Shown here: positions 53,493 to 62,326 of the stretch, in pieces
Numbering within the stretch: position 1 is the first letter of the stretch
Layout: every line of letters begins with the position of its first letter
NCBI GenBank assembly: GCA_963834845.1
Contig: CAWICY010000004.1
Location: 729,530 to 793,529, forward strand
Direction of reading: 5' to 3'
Length of the DNA stretch: 64,000 bases
From: an uncultured Pseudomonadota bacterium
GTDB lineage: Bacteria; Pseudomonadota; Gammaproteobacteria; Burkholderiales; SG8-39
Position numbers and translations under genes: made by a program
Notes under the pieces: model-generated
The model's database searches: none
The model's input: the letters and a program-made list of their open reading frames with translations, nothing else
Told to the model about the DNA's origin: nothing

Positions 53493-54251
53493 ATGCCGAC
53501 CTCCGAAAGCGCCGCCTTGGTTCGCATCACGCGGCTCGAGAAGCGCTACGGCGAGCGCGCAGTGCTCGCCGGCGTCGACCTCGAGCTCGCCGCGGGCGAG
53601 GCACTCGGCCTGGTGGGGCTGAACGGCGCCGGCAAGACGACTCTCATCAAGTGCCTGCTCGACCTGTGCGGCCACGACGCCGGCGCCGTCGAGCTGTTCG
53701 GCCTGCCGGGCGGCGAAGCGCGGGCGCGGTACCGCCTGGCCTACGTGCCCGAGCGCTTCATGCCGCCGCACTACCTGCGATGCAGCGAGTTTCTCGAGAT
53801 GATGCTGTCGCTCTCTGGCACGCGCTACGAGCGCGGCCGTGCCCTTGCGGCGCTCGCCGAGCTCGAGCTCGACGCGGCCGTGCTCGGGCAGCCGGTGCGC
53901 CAGCTTTCCAAGGGCATGACCCAGAAGCTCGGGCTCGCGGCCTGCTTTCTCCTGGAGCGCGACCTTTACGTGCTCGACGAGCCCATGAGCGGCCTTGACC
54001 CCGCGAGCCGGGTCGCGGTCAAATCGGTGCTCCGACGCCTCAAGGGCGAGGGTCGGGCGCTGCTCATCACCTCGCATGTGCTATCGGACGTCGAGGAGTT
54101 GTGCTCGTCGGTGGCGGTGCTCGATCGGGGGCGGATCAGGTTCCGCGGCGCGCCGGCCGAGCTATGCAGCCGCTATTCCGAGCCGCAGCTAGAGCGAGCC
54201 TTTCTGAGGTGCATACGCAGCAATGTCGACCAACCTGCAGGAAGCGCGTGA
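53493..54251 (+). CDS. ABC transporter ATP-binding protein (orphan, no adjacent permease)
   Basis: GLNGAGKTT, LSKGMTQKLGLA and LDEPMSGLDP. 252 aa from MPTSESAAL. The upstream part of ORF 52704.. is antisense to mlaF and is not used. Confidence 0.8.
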   Translation: MPTSESAALVRITRLEKRYGERAVLAGVDLELAAGEALGLVGLNGAGKTTLIKCLLDLCGHDAGAVELFGLPGGEARARYRLAYVPERFMPPHYLRCSEFLEMMLSLSGTRYERGRALAALAELELDAAVLGQPVRQLSKGMTQKLGLAACFLLERDLYVLDEPMSGLDPASRVAVKSVLRRLKGEGRALLITSHVLSDVEELCSSVAVLDRGRIRFRGAPAELCSRYSEPQLERAFLRCIRSNVDQPAGSA

Positions 54252-55701
54252 GGGCAAGCCCTCGCTGCTGATCGTCGACGACGACGCGCTGATCACCGAT
54301 TCGCTCGCGTTCGCGCTCGGCGCCGACTTCGAGGTGTACACCTGTGACTCGCGCCCGAGCACGATCGAGCTGCTGCGCCAGCTGCCTCGCGCGCCGCAGC
54401 TCGCGCTCGTCGACCTCGGGCTGCCGCCGACGCCGCACGCCCCGGACGAGGGTTTCCAGCTGATCGGCGAGCTGCTCGCGCACTCGCGCAGCATGAAGAT
54501 CTTCGTGCTGTCGGGCCAGAACGACGCAGCCAATGCCCGTCATGCGCGCGCGCTGGGGGCGGTCGAGTTCATCGCCAAACCCTGCGACCCGGCCGCGTTG
54601 AAGCGCACGCTGTCGCGTGCGCTCGAAATGCGCGCCGCCGAGATCGACGCGCGCCCGCACGAGGCGGCGGTCCTGATCGGCGAGAGCCCGGCGCTCGCCA
54701 AGCTGAAGAGCCAGCTCGCGCAATTCGCCGACTCGCCGTTCCCCGTCCTGATCGAGGGCGAGTCGGGCAGCGGCAAGGACGTGGTGGCCCAGAGCCTGCA
54801 CCACCGTTCCGTGCGCGCGGCGAAGCCCTACCTGGCGCTCAACTGCGCGGCGATCTCGCCATCGCTGGTGGAGCCGACGCTGTTCGGTTACGTCAAGGGC
54901 GCCTTTACCGGCGCGGCAGCGAACAAGGCCGGCTATTTCGAGGACGCGCAGGACGGCACCCTGTTCCTGGACGAGATCGGCGAGCTGCCACTCGAGATGC
55001 AGGCCAAGCTACTGCGCGTGCTGGAGAACGGCGAGTTCCAGCGCGTGGGCGAGACCCAGCGACGCGTGTCGCGCGCACGCGTGGTCGCGGCCACCAACCG
55101 GGACTTGCGCCTGGAGGTGAAGCGCGGCACTTTCCGGGCCGACCTGTATCACCGCCTGTCGGTACTCACGCTGTCGGTGCCGCCGCTGCGCGAGCTCGAC
55201 GCCGACAAGCTGCTGCTGCTCGAGCAGTTCCGCCGCATGTACGCCGAGAAATCGGGGGTGCAGCCGTTCTCGCTCGATGCCCACGCCGAGCGGCGCTGGC
55301 TCGACTACCAGTTTCCGGGCAACGTGCGCGAGCTGCGCAACATCGTCATCCGCCTCACCACCAAGCACGCCGGCCAGCGCCTGTCGGTCGCCGAGCTCGA
55401 GCAGGAGTTCGACCTCGAAGCGCCTCCGGCGACTCCAGCCGGCGCCGCCGACGGCGCCGATCTCGTGGAGCAGGCGCGCAGGCACCTCGAGCGCGATCGC
55501 GGCTTCAACCTGGACGAGACGCTGCGGCGCTGGGAGCGGTGCTACATCGACGCCGCGCTGAAGCTCAGTGGCGGCAACGTCAGCCAGGCCGCCAAGCTGC
55601 TCGGCATCAACCGCACCACCCTGTACAGCCGCATGTCCAGTGACGCAGGGGAACCTCAAGGCGGACCGCCGGCACCCCTTCCCCCGGCGAAAACCAGATA
55701 G
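54223..55701 (+). CDS. sigma-54-dependent response regulator (receiver, AAA+, Fis HTH), PrsR-like
   Basis: Receiver LLIVDDD...VDLGLPP (the DLGLPP signature I associate with the PEP-CTERM-box regulator PrsR). [28 protein letters not shown], and C-terminal [16 protein letters not shown]. Overlaps the preceding gene by 29 nt. Confidence 0.85.
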   Translation: MSTNLQEAREGKPSLLIVDDDALITDSLAFALGADFEVYTCDSRPSTIELLRQLPRAPQLALVDLGLPPTPHAPDEGFQLIGELLAHSRSMKIFVLSGQNDAANARHARALGAVEFIAKPCDPAALKRTLSRALEMRAAEIDARPHEAAVLIGESPALAKLKSQLAQFADSPFPVLIEGESGSGKDVVAQSLHHRSVRAAKPYLALNCAAISPSLVEPTLFGYVKGAFTGAAANKAGYFEDAQDGTLFLDEIGELPLEMQAKLLRVLENGEFQRVGETQRRVSRARVVAATNRDLRLEVKRGTFRADLYHRLSVLTLSVPPLRELDADKLLLLEQFRRMYAEKSGVQPFSLDAHAERRWLDYQFPGNVRELRNIVIRLTTKHAGQRLSVAELEQEFDLEAPPATPAGAADGADLVEQARRHLERDRGFNLDETLRRWERCYIDAALKLSGGNVSQAAKLLGINRTTLYSRMSSDAGEPQGGPPAPLPPAKTR

Positions 55702-55720
55702 CCGGGACCGCGCGCGCTCT

Positions 55721-57241
55721 ATGTATCTGGAGCATTACGGGCTCAACGAGCCGCCCTTTCGCATCACGCCGCACACCGACTTCTTCTTCGATGGCGCGGA
55801 CCGCGGCGCGACCCTTGAAGCGCTGATTTACGCCATCCTCAACGACGAGGGCATCGTGAAGGTCAGCGGCGAGGTCGGCAGCGGCAAGACCATGCTTTGC
55901 CGGGTGCTGATGGAGCGTCTGCCCGCGCACGTGGACACCATCTACCTCAGCACGCCCTCACTCGGGCGCGACGAGATCCTGTTCGCCATCGCCGACGAGT
56001 TGAAGCTCCAGTTCACGCAGACCCGCGTATCGGTGGCGCTGCGCGAGCTGCAGGAGCACCTGATCGGGCTGTACGCGGCCGGCCGCCGCGTGGTCATCCT
56101 GATCGACGAGGCGCACGCCATGCCAGAGGAAACGCTCGAGCAGGTGCGGCTGCTGTCGAACCTCGAGTCGAGCCGCCACAAGCTGCTGCAAATCGTGCTG
56201 TTCGGCCAGCCCGAGCTCGACGAGGCGCTTGCCAAGCCATCGCTGCGCCAGCTCAAGGACCGCATCACGCACAGCTTCCGCATGCGCCCCCTGTCGGAGT
56301 CCGAGGTCGGCATGTACCTCGCCTTCCGCATGCGCGCGGCCGGCTATCGCGGTCCGGACGTCTTCACGCCGCAGGCGGTGGCGCTGATCGCGCGCGCCGC
56401 CGGTGGCCTGACGCGGCGCATCAACATCCTCGCCGACAAGTCGCTGCTCTCGACGTTCACGGTCGACACCCATGCGGTCACTGCGCAGCATGCGCGCGCC
56501 GCAATCGCCGACTCCGATTTCACCCCCCTCAGGCGCGCGTGGCGCCCGGCGCTCTACGCCATAGCCGTGCTTGCCGTGGGGATCCTGATAGGAGTGACCG
56601 CTCACTGGCTTTTGTCCGGCGCTAGCCCGGTGGCGCAGCCGGTGCCGGCGCCCGCGGCGAAGCCGGCCGCGGCGACGCCGATGGCAAAGGCCGAACTGCC
56701 CCCTGCTCCGAAACCCCCTGCTCCCGAACCGCAGGCGCAAGCGGCCCCCGCGCCAGCGCCGAAAGCGGTCGCCGCAGAGGCGACGGCGCGCCCGGTCGAG
56801 GCGAAGCCGCCCCAACTCGAGCCGGCGGCCGTCCCCGCCCCGGCAAACGCGCCCGCGTCCCTGCTGTCCGAGGCCCAGCTGCAGCGCATCATGGGGCGCT
56901 ACGCCGCCCGGGACCAGCCATTGCTCGCCGAGCGCCTAGCCGCGACCCGGGAGCTGCTCGCGCGCGCGCCCGATGCCACCTATGCGCTCGAGCTCTTTGT
57001 GACCGAAAATACCGACCAGGCACGCCTCGAGCGTTTCCTGACCCGGGCGCGTGATCTGGTCCCGCTGGCGCAGCTCTACGTCCTCCCCCTCCCAGGTGCT
57101 CCGGCCCGCCTGTGGGTGGTGTTCGGTACCTTCCCCACCCGCGAGGAGGCCCTCATGGCGCAAAAGCGCCTGCCACAGAAATACCAGCGTGAATTCAAGA
57201 CGGTGCCGCGCAGCTTTGCCGAACTACGGCACGCGCTCTAA
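55721..57241 (+). CDS. GspA/ExeA/MshM-like AAA ATPase with TM segment, Ala/Pro-rich linker and SPOR-like C-terminal domain
   Basis: MYLEHYGLNEPPF, P-loop GEVGSGKT, Walker B ILIDEAHAM. TM segment ALYAIAVLAVGILIGVTAHWLL. About 90 aa of A/P-rich linker. C-terminus YALELFVTEN...LWVVFGTFPTREEALMAQKRLP resembles the DamX-type SPOR domain. Confidence 0.8.
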   Translation: MYLEHYGLNEPPFRITPHTDFFFDGADRGATLEALIYAILNDEGIVKVSGEVGSGKTMLCRVLMERLPAHVDTIYLSTPSLGRDEILFAIADELKLQFTQTRVSVALRELQEHLIGLYAAGRRVVILIDEAHAMPEETLEQVRLLSNLESSRHKLLQIVLFGQPELDEALAKPSLRQLKDRITHSFRMRPLSESEVGMYLAFRMRAAGYRGPDVFTPQAVALIARAAGGLTRRINILADKSLLSTFTVDTHAVTAQHARAAIADSDFTPLRRAWRPALYAIAVLAVGILIGVTAHWLLSGASPVAQPVPAPAAKPAAATPMAKAELPPAPKPPAPEPQAQAAPAPAPKAVAAEATARPVEAKPPQLEPAAVPAPANAPASLLSEAQLQRIMGRYAARDQPLLAERLAATRELLARAPDATYALELFVTENTDQARLERFLTRARDLVPLAQLYVLPLPGAPARLWVVFGTFPTREEALMAQKRLPQKYQREFKTVPRSFAELRHAL

Positions 57242-57353
57242 CCATCCTTGACACTCTTTGGCAGAGAAAAACGCCGCAGTACAGAAGGTTAGCGTAGTTT
57301 TCTCAGGATTAGCGTGATATGCTTTTCGCAGATAGGGGGAAGGCACGCTAGCC

Positions 57354-59156
57354 ATGAGCTTTAGCAAGCAGTTCATCGCCTTGGGTCTTGTCACCTTGCT
57401 TGCGGCTTGCGGGCAGGCACCGCTCAAGCCGACTGAGACTCATATACGCCCCGAGCTTCCGCGTACCGAGGGCGCCATTCCGCCGCCGGTGCAGGCCGCA
57501 CCCGTGCTGCCCAAGCCGGAGCCGAGCACCCCGCCTGAAACCTACAGCGCGGTGGTCAACAAGGTGCCGGTCCACGATTTGCTGTTCGCGCTGGCGCGCG
57601 ACGCGCGCATCAACATTGACATCGATCCCGGCGTCAGCGGGGTGGTGACGCTCAACGCCATCGACCAGACGCTGCCCCAGATGCTCACGCGCATCGCGCG
57701 CCAGGTCGACATGCGCTACGAGATTCGCGGCCAGGACCTGGTCGTGATGCGCGATACGCCCTACCTGCACCTGTACAAGATCGATTACGTCAACATGGCG
57801 CGCAACGCGACCATGCGCGTCTCGGTATCGAGCCAGCTCGCTGGCGGCTCGGCCGGAGGAGCGAGCGGTGGCGCGGCGGGCTCCTCGGGCACGTCGACCA
57901 ACTCGTCGTCGGCGCTCGAAATGACCTCGAACAACAAGTTCTGGGACTCGCTGGTCGCGAACATCAAGGACATCCTGCGGGAGACTGACAAGATCATTCC
58001 GTCGACCGCCTCTGCGGGAGCCACGCAGGCCCCGGCCGGGCCGGCCGCGGCGGCCGCGGCCGGCGCCGCGCAGCAGGCGGCCGGAGCGCCGCCTGCCGAG
58101 GCTGCGGCCGCGCAACCGGTGACATATCGCGAGGCCGCCTCGGTGATCCCCAATCCAGAGACCGGCATCCTCACCATCCGCGCCACCTCGCGTCAGCACG
58201 CCAAGATCCAGGAGTTCCTCGACCACGTGATGGCGAGCGCCAAGCGCCAGGTTTTGATCGAGGCGACCATTGCCGAGGTGCAGCTCAACAACGACTACCA
58301 GCGCGGCATCGACTGGTCGCGTGCACTCTCGGCGGGCGGCACCGGCTTCTCATTCAGCCAGTCGTCGGCCGGCACACCCGCGAACATCACCACCAACGCG
58401 TTCACGGTCGGTTACTCGCTCGCGAGCATGAACTTCACCTCGGCGCTGAGGCTGCTCGAGTCCTTCGGCCAGGTGCGGGTGCTCTCCAGCCCGACGCTCA
58501 CCGTGCTCAACAACCAGGCGGCGGTGATGCGCGTGACCGACGACCTGGTGTACTTCACCATGCAGCCCGGCACGACCACTGTTTCCAACGCGGGCGCCGG
58601 CACGGTCAATGCGCCCCCGACCTTCACCACCACGCCGAACGTCTCGCCTGTCGGCCTGATCATGAGCGTGGTGCCGCAGATCAGCGACTCCGACACGGTA
58701 CTTGTGGACGTGCGTCCAACCATTCGCAGGAAGATCGGGGACGCCGCTGACCCGAATCCGGCGTTGGCCAATCCTTGCGGCGTCGGCATCGTTTGCAACA
58801 CCCCACCGATCCAGAGCCTTATCCCCATCATCCAGACGCGCGAAATGGAATCGCTGCTGCGCATGCAGAGCGGCCAGATCGCGGTGCTTGGCGGATTGAT
58901 GGAGGACACGAGGTCGTCCACCGAGGACACGATTCCCGGCGTCAACCAGATCCCGATCCTCGGAGATCTGTTCCAGCAACGCCACGACAAGAATCAGAAG
59001 ACCGAGCTGGTGATCTTCCTCCGGGTGACCGTGATTCGTGACCCCAGCATCGACGGCGATTTTGCGGAGTTCCGCGATCAGCTGCCCGGTAAGGACTTCC
59101 TCGCCAAACCCAATCCCAGCCGCGGCGCGCCTCCAGTGCTGCCAACCAACAACTGA
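57354..59156 (+). CDS. secretin (MshL / T2SS-T4P family), lipoprotein
   Basis: Lipobox LLAAC. N0-like domain VPVHDLLFALARDARINIDIDPGVSGVVTL. Secretin core GIDWS..., VLSSPTLTVLNNQAAVMRV and IPGVNQIPILGDLFQ...TELVIFLRVTVI. 600 aa. Confidence 0.88.
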   Translation: MSFSKQFIALGLVTLLAACGQAPLKPTETHIRPELPRTEGAIPPPVQAAPVLPKPEPSTPPETYSAVVNKVPVHDLLFALARDARINIDIDPGVSGVVTLNAIDQTLPQMLTRIARQVDMRYEIRGQDLVVMRDTPYLHLYKIDYVNMARNATMRVSVSSQLAGGSAGGASGGAAGSSGTSTNSSSALEMTSNNKFWDSLVANIKDILRETDKIIPSTASAGATQAPAGPAAAAAAGAAQQAAGAPPAEAAAAQPVTYREAASVIPNPETGILTIRATSRQHAKIQEFLDHVMASAKRQVLIEATIAEVQLNNDYQRGIDWSRALSAGGTGFSFSQSSAGTPANITTNAFTVGYSLASMNFTSALRLLESFGQVRVLSSPTLTVLNNQAAVMRVTDDLVYFTMQPGTTTVSNAGAGTVNAPPTFTTTPNVSPVGLIMSVVPQISDSDTVLVDVRPTIRRKIGDAADPNPALANPCGVGIVCNTPPIQSLIPIIQTREMESLLRMQSGQIAVLGGLMEDTRSSTEDTIPGVNQIPILGDLFQQRHDKNQKTELVIFLRVTVIRDPSIDGDFAEFRDQLPGKDFLAKPNPSRGAPPVLPTNN

Positions 59157-59157
59157 G

Positions 59158-60540
59158 ATGAGCCTGCTGCTCGACGCGCTGAAGAGGGCCGAGAAAGCCA
59201 AGGAGGAGGCGCAGCGCCGCGCTCAATCGGATGCCGCGGGTGGCGCGCCGCAAGAAGCCGCGGCGGATGCCGAGCCGCCGCGCACCGTGGGGGCGTCCGA
59301 CCGGCCACCGCATGTGCGCACGCGAGCCGAGCTGCCCGACATTTCGCAGTCGCTCGAGATCGCGACCGAAGATCTTTCGGCCCGGAGCAACCCGCAGGAA
59401 GGCAGCAGCGCACTGACGCTCGAAAGCATCGAAGCGCCGCCTCCGCCGCCCCCCGCCACGCGCCAACGCGCGGCTTCGGCATCGAGCGAGGGCGTGCGCG
59501 GCAGGTCGGCCGAGCGCGCGGCGGCCAGGAAGGTATTCGAGGCGAAAATGAGAGAACCGAACCCGCGCCTGCCGTTCTACATCGCGCTCGGCGTGCTCGG
59601 CGCCGTGGCGCTCGGCACGGTGATCTACTTCTGGTATCAGCTTCGCCCGCCGGCGCCGCTGGTGAACGCCAATCCTCCCCCGGCGTCCACCGAGCGCCCG
59701 GTCGCCGTCGCCCCGAGCGGCGGCGCCGCGCAAAACCCGGCGCCTTCGGGGGCCGCCGCGGCGTCGCAAGGCGAGATACCCGGACTGCCGGCTGTGCCGG
59801 TCGCGCCGGTTGCGCCGCGCGAGCCGCAGACGCAGGTGAAGGCGCCAGCGCTGCGCATGCCGACGCGCGCCGCACCGCAAGCCTTGCAGGCGCCGCCCGC
59901 AGCTCCGGCACCGCGCGTGGTGCTCGAGCCAAGGCGCAGCGCCGATCTGACGATCAAGCGCCCGACGCCGCGGCTCGACCCCGCGATAAGCGCCGGCTAC
60001 GCGGCATACCAGGCCGGAGACCTGGCCGGCGCGCGCAGCCACTACGAGCAGGCGCTGCAACACGAGCCCGGCAACCGCGACGCCCTGCTCGGCATGGCTG
60101 CGCTCGAGATGCGCGCGCAGCGCTATGACTCCGCCGAGTCCTACTACCGGCGGCTCCTGCAAGCCGATCCGCGTGATTCGTACGCGCTCGCGGGCATTCT
60201 CGCGCTGCGCGGCCAGCAGGTCGATCCGGTGCTCGCGGAGAGCCGCGTCAAGACGATGCTCGCGGCCGACTCCGGGGCCGACGTGCTGTATTTCACGCTC
60301 GGCAATCAGTACGCGCGGCAGGGGCGCTGGGCCGAGGCGCAGCAGGCCTATTTCAAGGCCCTCGCCGCGGATCCTGGCAATCCCGACTTCGCCTACAACC
60401 TCGCGGTCAGCCTGGAGCATATCGGCAAGCCGAAGCTCGCGCTCGAGCAATACCACAACGCCCTCGCGCTGGCGCAGCATCGCAGCTTCAGCTTCGACCA
60501 GGCCGCGGCGCAGAAGCGCGTCCAGGAGCTGGGTCACTGA
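59158..60540 (+). CDS. GspB-like N-terminus / single TM / C-terminal TPR-repeat protein (MshN-like position)
   Basis: MSLLLDALKRAEKAKEE is a GspB/MshN-type N-terminus. TM segment LPFYIALGVLGAVALGTVIYFWY. TPR repeats AGYAAYQAGDLAGARSHYEQALQHEPGNRDALLGMA...YFKALAADPGNPDFAYNLA. Starts 2 nt after the secretin stop. Confidence 0.7.
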   Translation: MSLLLDALKRAEKAKEEAQRRAQSDAAGGAPQEAAADAEPPRTVGASDRPPHVRTRAELPDISQSLEIATEDLSARSNPQEGSSALTLESIEAPPPPPPATRQRAASASSEGVRGRSAERAAARKVFEAKMREPNPRLPFYIALGVLGAVALGTVIYFWYQLRPPAPLVNANPPPASTERPVAVAPSGGAAQNPAPSGAAAASQGEIPGLPAVPVAPVAPREPQTQVKAPALRMPTRAAPQALQAPPAAPAPRVVLEPRRSADLTIKRPTPRLDPAISAGYAAYQAGDLAGARSHYEQALQHEPGNRDALLGMAALEMRAQRYDSAESYYRRLLQADPRDSYALAGILALRGQQVDPVLAESRVKTMLAADSGADVLYFTLGNQYARQGRWAEAQQAYFKALAADPGNPDFAYNLAVSLEHIGKPKLALEQYHNALALAQHRSFSFDQAAAQKRVQELGH

Positions 60541-60589
60541 CGAAATCTTAGGTCCGCCCGGCGCACTCGCCGGGTATTATTCTTCCCGG

Positions 60590-62299
60590 ATGAACTCGCC
60601 CACCAATCCGCAGGCCAGACGCCACATCGGGCAGATCCTGATCGACCAGGGGATCCTCACGGAGGACCAGCTCAGGATCGCGCTGCTCGAGCAGATGAAG
60701 TCGCATCTGCCGGTGGGAAGGCTGCTGGTGCAGCTCGGCTTCGTGTCGGAAGCGACGCTGCGCGACGCCCTGTCGCAGAAACTCGGGCTGCAATCGGTCG
60801 ATCTGGCGCACATCATCGTCGATCCTGCCGCCCTTAAGGCCCTGCCGCGGGAGCTGGCGCGCCGCTACCGCATATTCCCGATCGCGCTCGACCGGCAGTC
60901 GAACAAATTCATCGTGGCGCTCGCCGACACCAACAACATCGTCGCGATCGACCAGCTGCGCACGCACCTCAAGGGCGACTTCGAGATCGAGCTGCGGCTC
61001 GCCGGCGACTCCGAGATCGAGCGCGCGATCGAGCACTATTACGGGCACGAGTTCTCGATCGACGGCATCCTGCAGGAAATCGAGACCGGCGAGGTCGATT
61101 ACACGTCCATCACCGAGGACGACGAGTACAGCCAGCCGGTGGTGCGGTTGATCTCGGCACTGCTTGCCGACGCCGTCGAGCACGGCGCGTCCGACATTCA
61201 CTTCGAGCCCGAGCAGAGCTTCCTGCGCATCCGCTACCGCATCGACGGCGTGCTGCGACAGATCCGCTCGCTGCACAAGACCTACTGGCCGGCCATGGCG
61301 GTGCGCCTCAAGGTGATGTCCAAGATGAACATCGCCGAGACGCGCGCGCCGCAAGACGGTCGCATCTCGGCCACCATGTCGGGCAGGGTGATCGACTTCC
61401 GCGTCTCGAGCCTGCCGACGACCCACGGCGAGAACCTGGTGCTGCGCATCCTCGACCGGCAGAAAGGCATCGTGCCGCTCGACAAGCTCGGGCTCGAAGA
61501 CGCGCAGCTCGAGCTGCTCAAGCGGATGATTGCCCGCCCGGAAGGCATTATCCTGGTCACTGGACCCACGGGTAGCGGCAAGACGACCACGCTGTACTCG
61601 ATCCTGAACCACGTGAACTCGGACGCGGTCAACATCATGACGCTGGAAGACCCGGTCGAGTATCCGATGACGCTGATTCGGCAGACCTCGGTATCCGAGG
61701 CGGCCAAGCTCGATTTCGCCAACGGCGTGCGCGCGATGATGCGGCAGGACCCCGACAAGATCCTGGTGGGCGAGGTGCGCGACGCCGACACCGCGGAGAT
61801 GGCGTTCCGCGCCGCCATGACCGGCCACCAGGTGTTTTCGACCTTGCACACCAACTCCGCGGTCGGCGCGATTCCCCGGCTGCTCGACATCGGCATCGTG
61901 CCCGATGTCATGACGGGCAACATCATCGGCGTGATTGCGCAGCGGCTGCTGCGCAAGCTCTGTCAAACCTGTCGTCAGTCGTATTCGCCGGATTCGAAGG
62001 AGCGGCACCTGCTCGGCTACAAGGCCGCCGAGAGCGCCACGCTCTACCGCGCGGTCGGCTGCGAGCAGTGCGACTACCAGGGCTACCGCGGACGCACCGC
62101 GATCCTGGAGATCCTGAAGATCGACGCCGGCATCGACGAGCTGATTGCGCGGCGCGCGACCACGCGCGAGATTCTCATGGCGGCACGCGAGAACGGATTC
62201 AGCACTCTGGCGGAAGACGGCGTGCGCCTGGTTCGCGGCGGCGTCACCGGCCTCGAGGAGCTGATGCGCGTCGTCGACCTGACCGATCGGATGGGCTGA
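60590..62299 (+). CDS. GspE/PilB/MshE-family secretion ATPase
   Basis: 569 aa from MNSPTNPQ. N-terminal T2SSE_N-type domain. Walker A GPTGSGKTT, Asp box, Walker B ILVGEVRD, His box TGHQVFSTLHTN, and tetracysteine CxxC...CxxC (CQTC...CEQC). Confidence 0.9.
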   Translation: MNSPTNPQARRHIGQILIDQGILTEDQLRIALLEQMKSHLPVGRLLVQLGFVSEATLRDALSQKLGLQSVDLAHIIVDPAALKALPRELARRYRIFPIALDRQSNKFIVALADTNNIVAIDQLRTHLKGDFEIELRLAGDSEIERAIEHYYGHEFSIDGILQEIETGEVDYTSITEDDEYSQPVVRLISALLADAVEHGASDIHFEPEQSFLRIRYRIDGVLRQIRSLHKTYWPAMAVRLKVMSKMNIAETRAPQDGRISATMSGRVIDFRVSSLPTTHGENLVLRILDRQKGIVPLDKLGLEDAQLELLKRMIARPEGIILVTGPTGSGKTTTLYSILNHVNSDAVNIMTLEDPVEYPMTLIRQTSVSEAAKLDFANGVRAMMRQDPDKILVGEVRDADTAEMAFRAAMTGHQVFSTLHTNSAVGAIPRLLDIGIVPDVMTGNIIGVIAQRLLRKLCQTCRQSYSPDSKERHLLGYKAAESATLYRAVGCEQCDYQGYRGRTAILEILKIDAGIDELIARRATTREILMAARENGFSTLAEDGVRLVRGGVTGLEELMRVVDLTDRMG

Positions 62300-62326
62300 G
62301 GGCCCGCCGCGCCGAGCGCAACGACA

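Noticed and set aside
56600-56900. Repetitive-looking GCC/CCG-rich DNA here, and similar tracts at 58010-58110 and 59640-59900, which resemble tandem repeats.
   Set aside because: These are in-frame Ala/Pro-rich low-complexity linkers of the GspA-like, secretin and TPR proteins. I could trace no regular repeat unit.
57259-57274. Sigma-54-like TGGCAGAGAAAAACGC upstream of the secretin gene, which would fit the adjacent sigma-54 regulator.
   Set aside because: The GG-to-GC spacing is 11, not 10, and the -12 region is CGC, not TTGC. It could be rescued only by assuming one extra A in the A5 run, which is speculation.
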